Source: Callorhinchus milii (taxonomy: Eukaryota). From it: a DNA stretch of 64,000 nt. The first letter of the stretch is position 1, and every line of letters begins with the position of its first letter. The DNA lies in NCBI RefSeq assembly GCF_018977255.1, contig NW_024704742.1:38380001-38444000 (forward strand). Direction: 5' to 3'. The translations under genes and the position numbers were made by a program. Of this stretch, positions 62,001 to 64,000 are shown piece by piece. The notes beneath the pieces are model-generated. The model did no database searches. It had not been told where the DNA came from and worked only from the letters and a program-made list of their open reading frames with translations.

Positions 62001-62957
62001 AAGATTAGTTTTATGATTGTTGTCCCTTAAATTGCTCTTACCCAGCTATACCATGTATTCTTCTGCAGACACAATGCACTTACTCCAATGGTCTGGTCTG
62101 TTTCTTGCTCCCCACTCTCCACTGCACCTTCAGTGATTGACTCTTCAGCCTTCTTGCCCCCATACTGTGAGATGCTCATTTATGTGAAAGATCTGATGTA
62201 AATGCAGTTTTGTTATACACACAGGTACCTCGGCTCAGCAGCTGGATGCAACATTCAGCACAAATGCTTCCCTGGAGATCTTTGAGCTGGATTTGGCTGA
62301 CTCCACACTTGACATGAAATCATGTGGCACATTTTCTTCTGCACACAGGTAAATTTAAAAAAATGTTAAGTAGAGTTTTTTGGTAGAGGGTCTTATAAAA
62401 TATACTTTCCAGTGTTCTTTCAGGTTTCTCAGCTACTTGGAGAAAGGGGTTTCAGGTAATCCATTCTACCAAACAACCCCCCTTCCCCACACACTAAAGA
62501 ATGGACCGTATGGTTTTCCTAGGTTTTCTGGCAGAGATGTTTTCTCGCTGGGCCAAATCCATAAATTATTTTAAAAGGGAATTCGATCAATGCTTAAAGA
62601 ACAAAAAATGTTAAGGGGTATAGGGACCGAGCAGGCGAGTGGGATTAAAATGTCTGATGTGGAGAAAAACACCAGCAGACTTGATGAGCCGAAGGGCCTG
62701 TTTCTGCGCTGTAACATTCTATGACTATGATTTATTTATCAATCAAATTATTGCCCAGGTACCATAAGCTGATTTGGGGTGGTCATGGAAATGAAGATGA
62801 TGGGCTGACATCTGGGGTCCTCGTTGCTGGTGGTGAAAATGGGAACATCATCCTGTACAATCCCTCCAAAATCATAGCGGGAGAGGAGGACGTTGTGATT
62901 GGGCAGATTGATAAGCACACTGGTCCAGTTCGAGCACTGGACTTCAATCCTTTTCAG
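58951..62957 (+). CDS. SEC31A: SEC31A (COPII outer coat), first three coding exons; 3'-partial
   Basis: Exons 58951-59029, 62225-62348, 62759-62957 splice in frame: [50 protein letters not shown]...RYHKLIWG...[21 protein letters not shown]...[14 protein letters not shown]. Assigned to A rather than B by LIN54 synteny. Confidence 0.93.
59930..60897 (+). mobile_element. CR1 LINE 3' fragment with (TTCTTATG)n tail
   Basis: [39 protein letters not shown]. Confidence 0.92.
62225..62348 (+). CDS. SEC31A: SEC31A coding exon 2
   Basis: [42 protein letters not shown]. Confidence 0.94.
62759..62957 (+). CDS. SEC31A: SEC31A coding exon 3
   Basis: YHKLIWGG...[14 protein letters not shown]; donor gtaaat. 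Confidence 0.94.
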
Positions 62958-64000
62958 GTAAATTGTCCAATTAATCACTTATAAAATGGCATGTTCAAGC
63001 AACAGGTGGCCAACCTGTGGTCATAGGTAAGTCCATGTTTGCATGTTAGTCTGTTTTCAGTTTTTTCCTGATTTATCTCTGGATTTAACATTCATTATTC
63101 AATCAAGAAAAATTATTTTGTTAGATGCTTTTTGGAAGAGCTATTTTGCCCTTTAGCCTTTTTATTTTCACACTTTACCGACTTTTGGAAATCATAATGG
63201 GTTGTTTTGAGACTATTGCAAACACATGGCTTTTAATATTCAATTAGCATGTCAATTCCAATATCTTTGCCAATATCAGATATTATGCCCTGATCTCAGC
63301 TTCCATTAAATATTGGCATTGTGGGATCACGCAATCCTGCAGTTTATATTAGTGCTCTATACACGGGGAGATCTGGTTCCAATGGTTATAACTAACAATG
63401 CCTTTTCCCCTCCCAGAAGGCATGGGCATGACATTCCTCATGAGCCGGTGTATCAAGTTTGACATTATCCACTAACTGGGCTAAAGGCCATTGTTAGTGA
63501 ATAGTAGGCTCTCTTAAGTACCACATATAAACTGTATGTAAATACAGGTGTATCATGTGCTTTGTGTAAACAGTGTGTAAACTTCCAGGTATCCAATTAT
63601 TTAATTCACAATCAATCATTTTCATTGGTTATTAACTACATGATTAATGGTACCTGTAGTTTCTCTGTACACATGATTGTTCATATGGTTTACACCAGGC
63701 ACTTAATAGACCCCATTGTCAGTGTCCCTAACTTCAACAGAGAGGGGAATTTCCCCCTTAATATTTGTTGCTCTTACATTTCAATTTAATGTTGTTATGC
63801 AGTTGCAGGAAGTTCCACAGAGTTTACCTAACAATAGAGTCTTTTTGCAGTAATGTTATTTACAGCCTGGGTTGCATTTGTGATACTTTTATTTGTAAAT
63901 GGCACTTTGAGGCTAAAGGTTAGAGGGGGAACATACCCTCTTCAACAAGGAAATTATAACAAAATAGCTGTTTAATTGATTAGATGTTTTGGTTTCTCTG

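Overview
Vertebrate genomic DNA, most likely from a cartilaginous fish (inferred from the L2/CR1/tRNA-SINE/Deu-SINE repeat content). Three + strand intron-containing genes lie in tandem: the last 10 coding exons and long 3'UTR of LIN54; a complete 8-exon, 320-aa RACK1(GNB2L1)-like gene with its own CpG-island/TCT promoter; and the 5' end of SEC31A. The main point of interest is the RACK1-like gene. It is about 90% identical to canonical RACK1 (compared from memory) and sits where human has the non-coding THAP9-AS1/SEC31A 5' region. Its introns carry four box C/D snoRNA candidates: a SNORD95-like copy and three copies with compensatory non-canonical boxes (C=AUGAUUA, D=AUGA). One of these guides 28S Um2415 like SNORD143/144, one carries a SNORD96-type 5.8S Gm75 guide, and one is an orphan. 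There is also a candidate hairpin-folded poison exon. Together this suggests a retained RACK1 paralog that is the protein-coding ancestor of a mammalian lncRNA snoRNA host. Exon boundaries were read by hand; database and homology statements are recalled and need checking.
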